Source: a virus
Taxonomy: Duplodnaviria; Caudoviricetes
DNA length: 50,211 bases
Direction: 5' to 3' (one strand)
Virus record (IMG/VR): IMGVR_UViG_3300021404_000018
Coordinates: 1 to 50,211 of that record
How positions within the stretch are numbered: position 1 is the stretch's first letter; the number at the start of each line of letters is the position of its first letter. The notes beneath the pieces were generated by a model, which was not told where the DNA came from, did not search any database, and saw only the letters and a program-made list of their open reading frames with translations. Shown here one piece after another: positions 15,766-25,809 of this stretch. A program made the translations under genes and the position numbers.

Positions 15766-16382
15766 TGAATGACACCGTTAAGGACACTGGGCCGCTTGAC
15801 TGGCGGATTGCCATTGTCAGCAAAGATGGCCGACCTACTCCTGAGTTCCAGCGTCGTTGGGCCACTCAGCGTGTCAATAACGGCCTCATCAGTGTTCCCA
15901 CGTTTGGTACTGGTACTCCTCCTGTTGATCCCGTCCCTGATGATGGGGCCGAGTTCATTGATCAATCTACCAACCCGTACACTATCTACGTAGCGATTGA
16001 TGGTAAGTGGCATCAGGCTAGCAACCCTCGCTTCTTCGGATTTGCCTATGATCGTCCCATTGCAAGTATTACCCTTAGTCAGCCGATTAGGTATGTGGAC
16101 GCTGGCATTCCGTGGACTATTCTATCTGCACCTTCCTTTGGTGCTCACCAAGCTCGCATTGATGGTGTAGCCCCCAGCAGCTCTACGACCTTTAACATTC
16201 AGGTCAACGCTGTGACCATTGGACACTTCACCTTTGGTGCTGCCTCTCTGACAGGTGTTTTCACAATTGCTGCGGACGCACCTGTAACGATCAATCAAAC
16301 GGTAACTATCGTAGCGCCCTCTAATCTGAACGGTATGACGGGCACCATCTATGGAACAATCTTGGGACGACGTGACACATGA
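15765..16382 (+). CDS. Tail protein (needle/fibre-anchor-like)
   Basis: IVSKDGRPTPEFQRRW N-terminal motif, beta-rich C-terminus, position. Confidence 0.65.
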   Translation: MNDTVKDTGPLDWRIAIVSKDGRPTPEFQRRWATQRVNNGLISVPTFGTGTPPVDPVPDDGAEFIDQSTNPYTIYVAIDGKWHQASNPRFFGFAYDRPIASITLSQPIRYVDAGIPWTILSAPSFGAHQARIDGVAPSSSTTFNIQVNAVTIGHFTFGAASLTGVFTIAADAPVTINQTVTIVAPSNLNGMTGTIYGTILGRRDT

Positions 16383-17407
16383 GTGCAACTGTTTACTGGG
16401 CCGGAACACAAGACATAGATTTCACGTTCTTCGGGTCTGCCATTGTTGATACAAATGCTGGTCGTCACCGTCCTGGTTTCGTCACAACGGGGATTAACCC
16501 CGGTAGTGCCATTACGACTGATTGGGTTGAGACGATCCCAGCCTTCAATCAGTCCACATTCTGGGTTGGTTTCCGGACTTGTAACAGCTTCGCTGCTGGT
16601 AATGTTACTAATGCCATTCCTCTTGCGCTGCTTGATAGTAGTAGAATTACCCGTATCCGACTAAGATTTACCTCAGGTGGCAATCCTAACAACATGGTTG
16701 TCGAGAAGGTTACGGCTGCCGGTGTGGCAACTACCTTGATTACGATCACCGGCCTCGTATGGGACATTCCTTCTACGGGTTTTGAAGCCACCAAGATGGA
16801 CTTGTTTGTCAACTATGCCGTTGCTGGTTCGATCAGCATCTATTACAAAGGTATTCTACTCGGCTCGTTCACCGGAGACGTGACGACTGACAGTGTGACT
16901 TCACTTGCTGCTGTTCGATTTGGTAACACTGGTTCAGGTAACTCGTACTTTGTCTCCGAGTGTATGGTATTGAATGTGGACACCCGTGCCTGCTCTCTCA
17001 ATGCTTTTCTCCCGGTGGCGAACGGTAACACCCATAACTTCGATACTGGTTCACCCGCAGCCGCTAACGTCAATGAAACTCCATTCAATGACAGCACTGT
17101 TGATGGTTCAACTACAGCTAACCAGATCGATCAGTACACTAATGCTGCTGTTGCCACTGGGTCTTTCTCCGTGCTCGCATTCGGTGTGGTGGCTCGCGCG
17201 TTGAAGGGCGTTAGTGGTCCAACGAAGATCGATTTGAATGTCCGTACAGGTGGCTCTGACTTCTTTAGCGCTGACATGCCACTAACTACCTTCTGGCAGA
17301 CCTACTCTAACTGGTGGTCTCAGAACCCCAACACGTCAGCCGACTGGACCACTGCTCAAATTGGTAATGCGTCTGGCTTCAACATCGGTGTTAAGAGTAT
17401 CACCTAA
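16379..17407 (+). CDS. Tail appendage protein, apparent paralogue of the 724-aa protein core
   Basis: Beta-rich and Thr/Gly/Asn-rich; C-terminal ARALK...PNTSADWT resembles TRALK...PDTSGPIS. Confidence 0.7.
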   Translation: MSATVYWAGTQDIDFTFFGSAIVDTNAGRHRPGFVTTGINPGSAITTDWVETIPAFNQSTFWVGFRTCNSFAAGNVTNAIPLALLDSSRITRIRLRFTSGGNPNNMVVEKVTAAGVATTLITITGLVWDIPSTGFEATKMDLFVNYAVAGSISIYYKGILLGSFTGDVTTDSVTSLAAVRFGNTGSGNSYFVSECMVLNVDTRACSLNAFLPVANGNTHNFDTGSPAAANVNETPFNDSTVDGSTTANQIDQYTNAAVATGSFSVLAFGVVARALKGVSGPTKIDLNVRTGGSDFFSADMPLTTFWQTYSNWWSQNPNTSADWTTAQIGNASGFNIGVKSIT

Positions 17408-18192
17408 TGGTTGCTTGGTCAACTACTGACAAATCGAACATCACTCTGAGTGGCAGTAATCTGACGGCTACAAAGAGTGCTGCGACTATCGGTGGCGTTC
17501 GATGTGATACGAGTTTTGCTGGTGGTAAGTTGTATTATGAGGCGTGGGTTGTTGTTGGAACGAACCACTGGGCTGTCGGTTGGGCGAATGCCAGCGAGGT
17601 GTTCACCAATCTAATCGGTAATGTGGCTAACAACAACTCTGTCGGTGGCTGGCCACAGCGTGGTGAAGTTCACTTTAACGCTGTTCAGACGAACATGCAG
17701 ACCGATCAAGGCTTGAACAATGTGTACACGGTTCGAGTGGCTGTGGATTTTACTGCCAAACTGATCTGGTTTGCGTTGAATGACAGTTTCTGGAACCTAA
17801 GTCCCACTGATAATCCTGCCACAGGAGCCGGTGGACGATCCATCTCTACGATCAATGCTGGACCTTACTTCCCAATCTTTGGCTCAGATGATGCTGGTTC
17901 AAGTTGTACTGCTCGCTTCGGCGCAGCAGACATGTGGTATCCTACTCCTGCTGGCTTCAGCACTCTTGATACCAATACCCAAGCGTTCATGGCCACCTCT
18001 AAGTTCGAAGGTGCGGCCATTCTGGCTCCCCCGCAACTTGCGGCTAACGTCAGTAAACTAGAAGCTTCGGCCATTCTGGCCCCACCTCAGACTGCTCTCA
18101 ATATCAGTAAGCTAATTGCGTACGCTATTCTACAAGACACCAAACCCCCACCGCGCTCACGATCCCGTGAGAACGTTTACTTGAGGTTCTAA
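17407..18192 (+). CDS. SPRY/B30.2-like domain tail protein with three C-terminal 18-aa repeats
   Basis: GKLYYEA, VAVDFTAKLIWF, YFPIFG, RFG...YPTPAGF; repeats SK....AILAPPQ. Confidence 0.75.
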   Translation: MVAWSTTDKSNITLSGSNLTATKSAATIGGVRCDTSFAGGKLYYEAWVVVGTNHWAVGWANASEVFTNLIGNVANNNSVGGWPQRGEVHFNAVQTNMQTDQGLNNVYTVRVAVDFTAKLIWFALNDSFWNLSPTDNPATGAGGRSISTINAGPYFPIFGSDDAGSSCTARFGAADMWYPTPAGFSTLDTNTQAFMATSKFEGAAILAPPQLAANVSKLEASAILAPPQTALNISKLIAYAILQDTKPPPRSRSRENVYLRF

Positions 18193-18196
18193 GACT

Positions 18197-18664
18197 ATGG
18201 GTAGACTCTACACCGTCTCATTCACCGATGTGGCTATCACTGCTGCTCAGGACTTGTTCGGCATTCTAGCGACCGCTAACATGGCCTTTAAGGTGCATGG
18301 AGTGGAGCTGGGCCAAAAGTCTCTGACGACCTGGGAAGCCAAGAGCCTGAAGTGGGTCCGCAACCCTGCGACTGCTACTGTTGGTTCTGGTGGTTCTGCT
18401 GCGACCCCGCGCCCCATCGTCCCGGGTGATGTTGCTGCGACCGTAACGGCTCGTGTGAATGACACAACTAACCAAACCACCTCAGGTACGCAGGCCCTAA
18501 TCTGGTCCCGCGACTGGGAGTTCTTGAACGGTGTGTTCTGGCTTCCAGCTCCTGAACAGCGACCTGTAATCGCACCTGGGCAGGGCTTCGCACTACAGCT
18601 CGTAACGGCCCCTTCAGCGTCTATGACTGCGTCTGGCTCGGTGATGATCGAGGAGCTGTTCTAA
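18197..18664 (+). CDS. Hypothetical virion protein (155 aa)
   Basis: GAGG RBS, beta-rich, in the tail module. Confidence 0.75.
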   Translation: MGRLYTVSFTDVAITAAQDLFGILATANMAFKVHGVELGQKSLTTWEAKSLKWVRNPATATVGSGGSAATPRPIVPGDVAATVTARVNDTTNQTTSGTQALIWSRDWEFLNGVFWLPAPEQRPVIAPGQGFALQLVTAPSASMTASGSVMIEELF

Positions 18665-18799
18665 GTGGAGTGGATTGCCGATCCTGGTGGTATCTTTCGA
18701 CTGGGTTTCGAGCCTTGGCTCTATCGTCCTCGTCACTACTTTAGCCCCTCTGCTCCGCCCTCTTATACGGGTTCTGTGATGTTGCTCTGGTGGGTCTAA
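18665..18799 (+). CDS. Small hypothetical protein (44 aa, MEWIADPGG...LLWWV)
   Basis: Translated by hand. GAGGAG RBS, fills the gap exactly, TAATG overlap with the next gene. Confidence 0.55.
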   Translation: MEWIADPGGIFRLGFEPWLYRPRHYFSPSAPPSYTGSVMLLWWV

Positions 18800-19212
18800 T
18801 GCGTACGTGGGACGCGATGAAAATCGAACCCGCAATTGCTTGTCTTCTAGGTAACAATCACTCTATCGATCCTATCGAATGGCTAGCTCGGGAACAGAAC
18901 ATCGTTCTTGAGAATAATGAGGGTGATCTAGCCCTATTCGAGTACGGATTTCCAATTAAGAAGGTGCATTCGGGGCACTACTATTTCAAGTCACGGGGCC
19001 GATCTGCGATCACCGCAGCCCGTGGTTTCCTTGACGAGCTATTCAATTCGTGTTATAATATACATGTATTGATGGGGTTCACACCGCTCCACCGTAAAGA
19101 CGCGCAATGGCTGAGCCGCAAGAGTGGCTTCACGTCTTACGGGGTGGAAGAGATTAACGATAAGCAGTATGAACTGTTCATCATAACTAAAAAGGAATTC
19201 AATTGTGAGTGA
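18799..19212 (+). CDS. GNAT-fold virion assembly protein (P22 gp14 / DUF2824-like)
   Basis: H..F..RGR.AI, G.TP...A...RK.GF..YG; position just before the ejection proteins. Confidence 0.7.
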   Translation: MRTWDAMKIEPAIACLLGNNHSIDPIEWLAREQNIVLENNEGDLALFEYGFPIKKVHSGHYYFKSRGRSAITAARGFLDELFNSCYNIHVLMGFTPLHRKDAQWLSRKSGFTSYGVEEINDKQYELFIITKKEFNCE

Positions 19213-19699
19213 CATTTTCGGTGGCTCCAAGCAGCAGAGTTCTCAGCAGTCCGTCTCCAATAACCAAGCGTTCCCGTACCTGCAACAGGCTCTCGGTGGA
19301 ACCATTGGCCAGGGTGGTGCTGCGGGTTCAATGCTCGGTAATCTACTCGGCCTGAACGGCGGAGACGCACAAACCCAGGGTTTCCAGAACTTCCGGAACT
19401 CTACCGGTTACCAGTTCGGTAAGCAACAGGGTATGGACTCTATTACCGGGGGCGCAGCCACTCAAGGTCTGCTCAACTCGGGGAGTACTCTGAAGGCTCT
19501 CGACACTTACGGTCAGAACTACGCTAACACGCAGTACGGCAACTATACTGGCCAACTGCAAAACCTGCTTAACTCTGGTCTTCAGGGTTCTGGTGTGCTG
19601 GCTGGTGCTGGTCAACAGAGCATGTCGAGTGGCTCTAGCAGCGGAAGTTCCAACAATGGTGGTGCTGGTGGCTTCATCGGCTCCCTTCTGGCGAAATAA
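19205..19699 (+). CDS. DNA ejection protein, P22 gp7-like
   Basis: Gly/Gln-rich; STGYQF..QQG and GLLNSGSTLKAL..YGQNYA motifs. Confidence 0.8.
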   Translation: MSDIFGGSKQQSSQQSVSNNQAFPYLQQALGGTIGQGGAAGSMLGNLLGLNGGDAQTQGFQNFRNSTGYQFGKQQGMDSITGGAATQGLLNSGSTLKALDTYGQNYANTQYGNYTGQLQNLLNSGLQGSGVLAGAGQQSMSSGSSSGSSNNGGAGGFIGSLLAK

Positions 19700-19701
19700 T
19701 C

Positions 19702-20910
19702 ATGGCAGCTTTTGACGACTACCTCCAAGGCGCTCCTGATCCCGGTCCTTCGGTTGATGAACTGACTGTGACCGCTGCTCCGAAGGCCCCGCCTCAAGAC
19801 CTTGGTCTTCAATCTCAACCCGTACTTGATCCGGGTCCTCTGACTACTGGTCTACCTGGTCCGGTTGATCCGGGTGCCCCGCAGACTGCTAGCCCTCCAG
19901 GTTTGAACTACAACAACAGTGGCGATGCTAGTGCTGTTAGTAATGCTCTGACGGGTGAACCTGCTCTCCGTGGTGGTATGGCTAATCCTGGTCTGTATGG
20001 TCTGCTTCCGTCGGGTCTCCAGCACGGCACCCTGCGAAACATGCTGGGCGCTCTTGGTGACGCATTTCTGGTTGGTTCTGGTCGTCAAGCCCAGTACGAA
20101 CCCCGAATGCAACGCCAAGAGATCGGTCAAGCGATGGCTGGATACGACCCCAACAATCCTCAGGCCGCTCAAGCCGCCATTCAACGGATCGCTGCCACTG
20201 GTGCTGCTGGGTCTCCCGAGATGGCTGACCAATTGCAGAAGAATTACAATGATACTCAACTGCGTAGGGCCACTATGCAGAACACTCAGATGTATCATCA
20301 GCAGACGATTCAGGCTCGCAATGACAACTTGTTCAATCGGATGAACTCGGTTGCTCAGGCTGATCTGGCTCAGGCTCAAACCCCCGAAGATTATCAGGCT
20401 CGTCTGTCTCGCTGGGACCAACGAGTGAAGGCTATCGACCCTAACACGGACGCTTCAACTCAGTTTGGTGTTCCGGACAAGTACACTCCTGGCGCTCTTG
20501 GTGCCACATCTGGTATGACTGCTCAGCAGATCAGCCAACACGGTGATCGTCAGTCGCAACAGCAGACCTCTATGCGTAACACTGATGTCAATGCCGCTAG
20601 CCGCGTTAAGGCTGCTGGTATTGGTGCTGGCTCTCGCAACTACAACACTGATGAGACTAACAACAGGCCGACTAGTGCGAATATACTGCAAGGTCTGATT
20701 GCCAAGCAAAACAGTGGTCAACAACTTACACCGGCTGAACAAGCCACCTTTGATCACATGACTGCGGTCGCTAAGAAGGGTCGTACTCTACCACCCGGCC
20801 TAACTACTCCCGGTGGTAAGCCAGCCCCCACGGCTGCTGACAGAGCCTATGTCCAAGCCCATCCCGAAACCAAAGGAGCCTTCGTGGCGCACTTCGGAGT
20901 TAACCCGTAA
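19702..20910 (+). CDS. DNA ejection protein (gp20 position)
   Basis: Gln/Ala/Pro-rich, between the gp7-like and the large ejection gene. Confidence 0.7.
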   Translation: MAAFDDYLQGAPDPGPSVDELTVTAAPKAPPQDLGLQSQPVLDPGPLTTGLPGPVDPGAPQTASPPGLNYNNSGDASAVSNALTGEPALRGGMANPGLYGLLPSGLQHGTLRNMLGALGDAFLVGSGRQAQYEPRMQRQEIGQAMAGYDPNNPQAAQAAIQRIAATGAAGSPEMADQLQKNYNDTQLRRATMQNTQMYHQQTIQARNDNLFNRMNSVAQADLAQAQTPEDYQARLSRWDQRVKAIDPNTDASTQFGVPDKYTPGALGATSGMTAQQISQHGDRQSQQQTSMRNTDVNAASRVKAAGIGAGSRNYNTDETNNRPTSANILQGLIAKQNSGQQLTPAEQATFDHMTAVAKKGRTLPPGLTTPGGKPAPTAADRAYVQAHPETKGAFVAHFGVNP

Positions 20911-20912
20911 CA

Positions 20913-23900
20913 ATGGCTGATGCTGTCCCTGATTGGGCTGCTTCTTCGGCTGCTCCTCAGCCTCAAGCCCCCGCTTGGGCCACTCAACCTGCGGCTCCGC
21001 AACGAGCCCCGGGAGCGACTGGTCTTGGCGTAATCGGTCAGACTTTCCACGATCTCACTAGTTCTGGGCCTGCTAACCATGCTCCGAATGCCCTTGAACA
21101 GGGGATCATGGACCTTAACAACAGCAAAGCGGTGGGCAGCCTTAGGGCCAACTACCAAAGTGCTGTTGTTAACGGTCTGTTCATGCAGCCTGTTAGGCAG
21201 GCCATGGAAAGCCTGGGTGTGGGCCGCCAACAAGGTGAGACTAATGCCGCGCTGCATCAACGGTACAATCAGGCCGTCCTCGCGGCGCGCCAAGATGCCC
21301 AGCAGCAGATGGATGCTAACCGCATCAATAGCGGTCCTGGTCGAGTGCTTCAGCAGGTTGGTAACGTTGGTGCGAATATCGTTGCCAATCCTGAGTACTT
21401 CGTTCTCCCTGCAATGGGTGTTGGCGGTAATGTTGCAACCCGACTGGCTACGGCTGGTGTGGGTAATGCCGCTGTTGGTGGTACCAGTGACGCTGCTGCT
21501 CAGCTCATGGATATGGCCGAAGGTGCTAAGAAGGACTTCGATGTCAAACAGAACATCGAGAACACTGTAACTGCTGGTCTCTTTGGCACCGCCCTGCATG
21601 GCGCTGTCGAGGTGGCTCCCTTCGTGTCTGATCTCTTCAAGAACCGGGGTATGGACACCAAGCCCCCTGAAGACCCTCGTACACAGTCGTCCCAAATCCA
21701 ACCGATGACGAGTGATCATGTCGCTATGAATGCGGCTGATCACACCACGTATCAGAACCTGCTTCAGCACGGTGACGTGGATGACATCAAGAACTTCTTC
21801 AAGGGTCGCCAAGGGCCTCAGCCGTCTTGGACTGATGTGAACACCTGGGTTGAACACCGCGACAATCCGCCTGTGACCACCAATGGTGTGCCCGGTCCGG
21901 ACCCGTCTCAGCAGCCTGATTTTAACTATCAGCAAGAGTACAACAACCATGCTGAGCAACAGTACCGCGCGCAGAACCAACAGGCCGTTCAAGACCATAT
22001 CGCCAATCAAACGGCTGGATGGAAGAACGCTCCTAATGTTGAAGTTGTACATAGTCCTGAAGACATCGCTGACCCCGCAATCCGAGATCAAATTCTAAAG
22101 GAAGACCCGAAAGGCGACGCTCTAGGGTTCCTCGGGGCTGATGGCAAGGTGCGTATGTTCAGTGGTCGGATTACTGATCCTGATACTGCTAACGCTGTGC
22201 TGTTCCACGAGGGCTTGGGTCATTTCGGCCTGGCCCAGAAGTTCGGTGACAGGCTCGATCAGACGATTGGCACTATGCTTGATCGAAATGTCAATCAACT
22301 GTCTAAGGACACTGATACGTGGCAGAAAGCGAACCCCGGGGCGTACGGCGGTGACCGCATTCGCGCGGCTGAAGAAGTCTTAGCGGAGGCGTCCCAGAAG
22401 GGTCGAGTGAAGGCCGGTTGGCAAGACGCTCTCACGTCCACTGCTCGGCAGTTCGGTCGTAAGATGGGTATGAAGTTGTCCTATTCGGACGGTGAAGTCA
22501 ACAATATCCTGTCTATGGCTCATGACGCTGTTATCAATGGTAAGCCGAACGCTGAGATGAATGGCTTCCGTGGTGCCCAACAAGACGGTACCAACAAGTT
22601 CATGAAGACCCAGACGTCTGGTGATCAACTGGGTGAGCAAGCTGACCATACCTACCGCGATCTTGTGTGGGGTGACACTCCGCAGGCCCGTCTTCTGCGT
22701 GCTCAACGTACCCTGGCGATGAATGGTGGTGTTCATCCTGAGGCTCGTATGGTGGCTGATCAGGCGTCTGAGCAACTGGGCTACCCGAAGATCGAGGACG
22801 TCACTCGTCAAGTCGATCAACCCGAGACGATGGCCGATCACTTCTTCAGCCCCAACTCGCCTGAGATCAATCCCGATGCTACGATCATGTCAGACCAAGC
22901 CAAGGCAATTGCTGAGGCTCGGGCTAACGGTCCCAAGTTCATGCGTGAAGACGCTATGGGTCGTGAGCAAATAGACCCTGAATTGTTGGATCACATCGAC
23001 CGCCTGAAGGCTGATCCCCGCTTCTGGGCTGATCCTGAGTACAGGTCCAATGTGATTGAGCTTGCTCGGTCTCAACAAGGTGTATCCGCCGGACCGCAAG
23101 AGAGTGCCATTCCCGCACCCAGTGGTTTCAAGTCCGAGGCTGAAGCCCGCGAGGCTCTCGGTGCTAACAAGTTCATCATGCGTCAACAGGCATCTGAACC
23201 CGGCTACCGTGCAGAAGACCTGGAAGGTATCTATAAGGACCTCGACAAGGGGTACACCCCGACTGAACGGACCTGGGAAGAGGATCGTCAGGCTGCCCTA
23301 GACGCAGGGTTCAGCCCCAGTCAGATCAAGGCCCTGAAGGAAACCAATCCGGGTGACCTCTCGACCAAGCTGTACCGTCTTCAGTCTGCCGCTAACATGG
23401 CTGATGGTAAGATCGCTGAGCTGAATGATAAGTTGGGTACCCCTGACTGGTCTGCTAAAGATCAGGCTGCCTATATTCAAACTCTGGCTGATCGTGCTTA
23501 CCTCGTCGCTCGGATTAAGGGTGAACGGGCTGAGATCGGTCGTGCCTTGAATGTGAGTAAGGCTGCGTCCAGCTATAACAATTCCACCATGGCTGCCGTT
23601 GCGGACTTGCTTCGTCAGGAAGGTTCTGGTCTCGCCGAGTTGGCTGATGACCCCACCAAATTCATGAAGGTCGCTACCCTCATCAAGAACCTGATGAACA
23701 ATCAAAACCCCGCTGGCGCTCATGCTGCCATGCAGGCGATTGATCAGCCGTACTGGGAACAGTATCTCACCGCGTTCCACTACAATGCCATGCTCAGCGG
23801 TCTCGCGACTCACGTCAAAGCCCCGCTAGACATGATGACTGGTATCGCCCACTCCATCATCGATCACGCTCTCGCCATGCCTATTGGTAAGGCTCGTCAG

Positions 23901-25577
23901 GCTATTGAGGGGCTCACGGGTCGAACCACGGCCCCTGGTATCACGGCCAATGAGATCACTGCTCGTCTGTTCGGCACTGCTCGTTCAGTCTTCGATCACG
24001 AAGTGTACGTCAAGACGCTGGAAGCCGCTAAGACCGGTGAAGGGTCTGCGGTACTGCCCTCTGGTGCGAGCGTTCCCACGAACCCGGCTAACAGCTATAG
24101 TGGCCTCAAGAACCCGCGACTGGGTCTTCTGTCCAAGCCCACCGATCTCATTGTGGCTCAGGACACGTTCTTCCGGTCTCACGCTGTCAGCCAAGCGCTG
24201 TATGGGTTGGGTGCTCGTGAGGCTGAGGCTCAGCTCAAGGCGTCTGGTCAACCGTACACGCGGGACGATGTGATGACCCTTGGGGCCACCATCGCAAAGG
24301 CTCCCCCGATCACCATGCTCACTCAGGCTCGTGCGGACGCGGAGAAGATGCTCTTGCTCAATCCCAACCGTCTGACGTCCTGGATTGACAAGGTTAAGGC
24401 TATTGGTCCTGGTGCGTCGGTCCCCGAGCGCTTTGGCAGTTTCGTGGCTAACAATCTCGCCCCCTTCATTCGTGTGGCGGCTAACAGCCTCACCACGCGT
24501 ATCATTGAGCGCTCGCCCCTGGCCGTCCTGAGTGCTGCCACTCGTAAGCAGTTCCTCGCTGGTGGGCCTGGAAGTGATCTCGTACTGGCTCGTGTGGCGT
24601 ACGGAACCGCTAAGCTCGGCCTTCTGTGGGCTGCTGCGGACGCTACGTACAACAAATTGACTGGTGAAGGTCCCACGGACCCGAACAAGAAGAAAGAGTT
24701 TGAGGCGTCTGGCTTCCGGCCCAATGCGGTGCATGAAGATGGTCGTTACAATACTGGTGGGACGCTGGCTATGTCCCTTAATCCATTCGATGTCCACAAC
24801 TCCACTGCTCAAATGGTTGCGTCCATGCGACAAGCCTATGAGAAGGGTACTAACGAAGGCCAGGTTGGTATCGGCCTAAAGCTTGCTCTCGGGTCCATCA
24901 TGCACAGCTTTGAGTCTGAGACGTGGGTGGATAGTGTTGCTCCGGCAGTTGAGGCTGCGTCTGATAATGGTGCCACTGCTGGGACCAAGGTCAATCAGTT
25001 CATTGGAGACGAAGCAAAAACGTGGGTGCCCAACGCCCTTAACCAGGTTGGCCGTATGACTAACCCCAATCAGGTGGACACCCGTGCTCCCACAGATGAA
25101 GTTGACCCCACTAATATCATCGGCTCGATTGCCAATAATGTTCAATCCGCAATTCCTGGCCTTAACCGTGGACTGCCAACTCGTTATTCAGTGTATGGCA
25201 ATCCTATTCCAAATGGGCAGAGTCTAACCGGCGTTCACACCATCATTCCTGGACTTCAGGGCAATGGTGTTGCGGAGACTACTGATCCCGCTGAAAAGGA
25301 ACTTGCTCGTTTGGCTGGTCTCACCAAGGCCGCCATTGTTACTCCCGTCCAGATGACTGTTAAATTGGACGACGGAACCAGTAAGAAGCTGACCACCACT
25401 GAGTTCCAGAACTATCAACGAGTGGCTGGCCGTGCCATTGTGGAAACGGTCCGACAGGAGATGAGTACCCCTGAGTGGCGTAATATGTCAGATCAAGATA
25501 AGGTACTTCAAGTAAGGAGCATTCAGACTGACATGAAAAAGGCTGCTAGGGAGGAACTGTTCAATGCCGGATCATAA
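20913..25577 (+). CDS. Large ejection / polyvalent protein with a zincin-like metallopeptidase domain
   Basis: 1554 aa, last structural gene; VLFHEGLGHFGL (HExxxH variant) plus downstream AAEEVLAE. Confidence 0.8.
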   Translation: MADAVPDWAASSAAPQPQAPAWATQPAAPQRAPGATGLGVIGQTFHDLTSSGPANHAPNALEQGIMDLNNSKAVGSLRANYQSAVVNGLFMQPVRQAMESLGVGRQQGETNAALHQRYNQAVLAARQDAQQQMDANRINSGPGRVLQQVGNVGANIVANPEYFVLPAMGVGGNVATRLATAGVGNAAVGGTSDAAAQLMDMAEGAKKDFDVKQNIENTVTAGLFGTALHGAVEVAPFVSDLFKNRGMDTKPPEDPRTQSSQIQPMTSDHVAMNAADHTTYQNLLQHGDVDDIKNFFKGRQGPQPSWTDVNTWVEHRDNPPVTTNGVPGPDPSQQPDFNYQQEYNNHAEQQYRAQNQQAVQDHIANQTAGWKNAPNVEVVHSPEDIADPAIRDQILKEDPKGDALGFLGADGKVRMFSGRITDPDTANAVLFHEGLGHFGLAQKFGDRLDQTIGTMLDRNVNQLSKDTDTWQKANPGAYGGDRIRAAEEVLAEASQKGRVKAGWQDALTSTARQFGRKMGMKLSYSDGEVNNILSMAHDAVINGKPNAEMNGFRGAQQDGTNKFMKTQTSGDQLGEQADHTYRDLVWGDTPQARLLRAQRTLAMNGGVHPEARMVADQASEQLGYPKIEDVTRQVDQPETMADHFFSPNSPEINPDATIMSDQAKAIAEARANGPKFMREDAMGREQIDPELLDHIDRLKADPRFWADPEYRSNVIELARSQQGVSAGPQESAIPAPSGFKSEAEAREALGANKFIMRQQASEPGYRAEDLEGIYKDLDKGYTPTERTWEEDRQAALDAGFSPSQIKALKETNPGDLSTKLYRLQSAANMADGKIAELNDKLGTPDWSAKDQAAYIQTLADRAYLVARIKGERAEIGRALNVSKAASSYNNSTMAAVADLLRQEGSGLAELADDPTKFMKVATLIKNLMNNQNPAGAHAAMQAIDQPYWEQYLTAFHYNAMLSGLATHVKAPLDMMTGIAHSIIDHALAMPIGKARQAIEGLTGRTTAPGITANEITARLFGTARSVFDHEVYVKTLEAAKTGEGSAVLPSGASVPTNPANSYSGLKNPRLGLLSKPTDLIVAQDTFFRSHAVSQALYGLGAREAEAQLKASGQPYTRDDVMTLGATIAKAPPITMLTQARADAEKMLLLNPNRLTSWIDKVKAIGPGASVPERFGSFVANNLAPFIRVAANSLTTRIIERSPLAVLSAATRKQFLAGGPGSDLVLARVAYGTAKLGLLWAAADATYNKLTGEGPTDPNKKKEFEASGFRPNAVHEDGRYNTGGTLAMSLNPFDVHNSTAQMVASMRQAYEKGTNEGQVGIGLKLALGSIMHSFESETWVDSVAPAVEAASDNGATAGTKVNQFIGDEAKTWVPNALNQVGRMTNPNQVDTRAPTDEVDPTNIIGSIANNVQSAIPGLNRGLPTRYSVYGNPIPNGQSLTGVHTIIPGLQGNGVAETTDPAEKELARLAGLTKAAIVTPVQMTVKLDDGTSKKLTTTEFQNYQRVAGRAIVETVRQEMSTPEWRNMSDQDKVLQVRSIQTDMKKAAREELFNAGS

Positions 25578-25809
25578 CATCGAGCGCCACTACGGGGTCA
25601 TGCCCGTTGGTGAACGCGTCAGTGCCCTAGAGATTAGGGTCGAACAATTAGAGGTCAAGATGGACTTGATCGTTACAAAGCTGGATGAACTCCTTGAGAT
25701 GAAACACAAGGGGATGGGTGCTATCGGATTAGCCTCGTTGCTAGTCGTGGGTGCGTCCGGCATAGCGGGGGTGATTACTTTTGTTCTTAACTTGCTTAGT
25801 CACCGATAA
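25564..25809 (+). CDS. Putative holin (coiled coil plus C-terminal TM helix)
   Basis: Hydrophobic C-terminal segment, directly upstream of the endolysin. Confidence 0.55.
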   Translation: MPDHNIERHYGVMPVGERVSALEIRVEQLEVKMDLIVTKLDELLEMKHKGMGAIGLASLLVVGASGIAGVITFVLNLLSHR

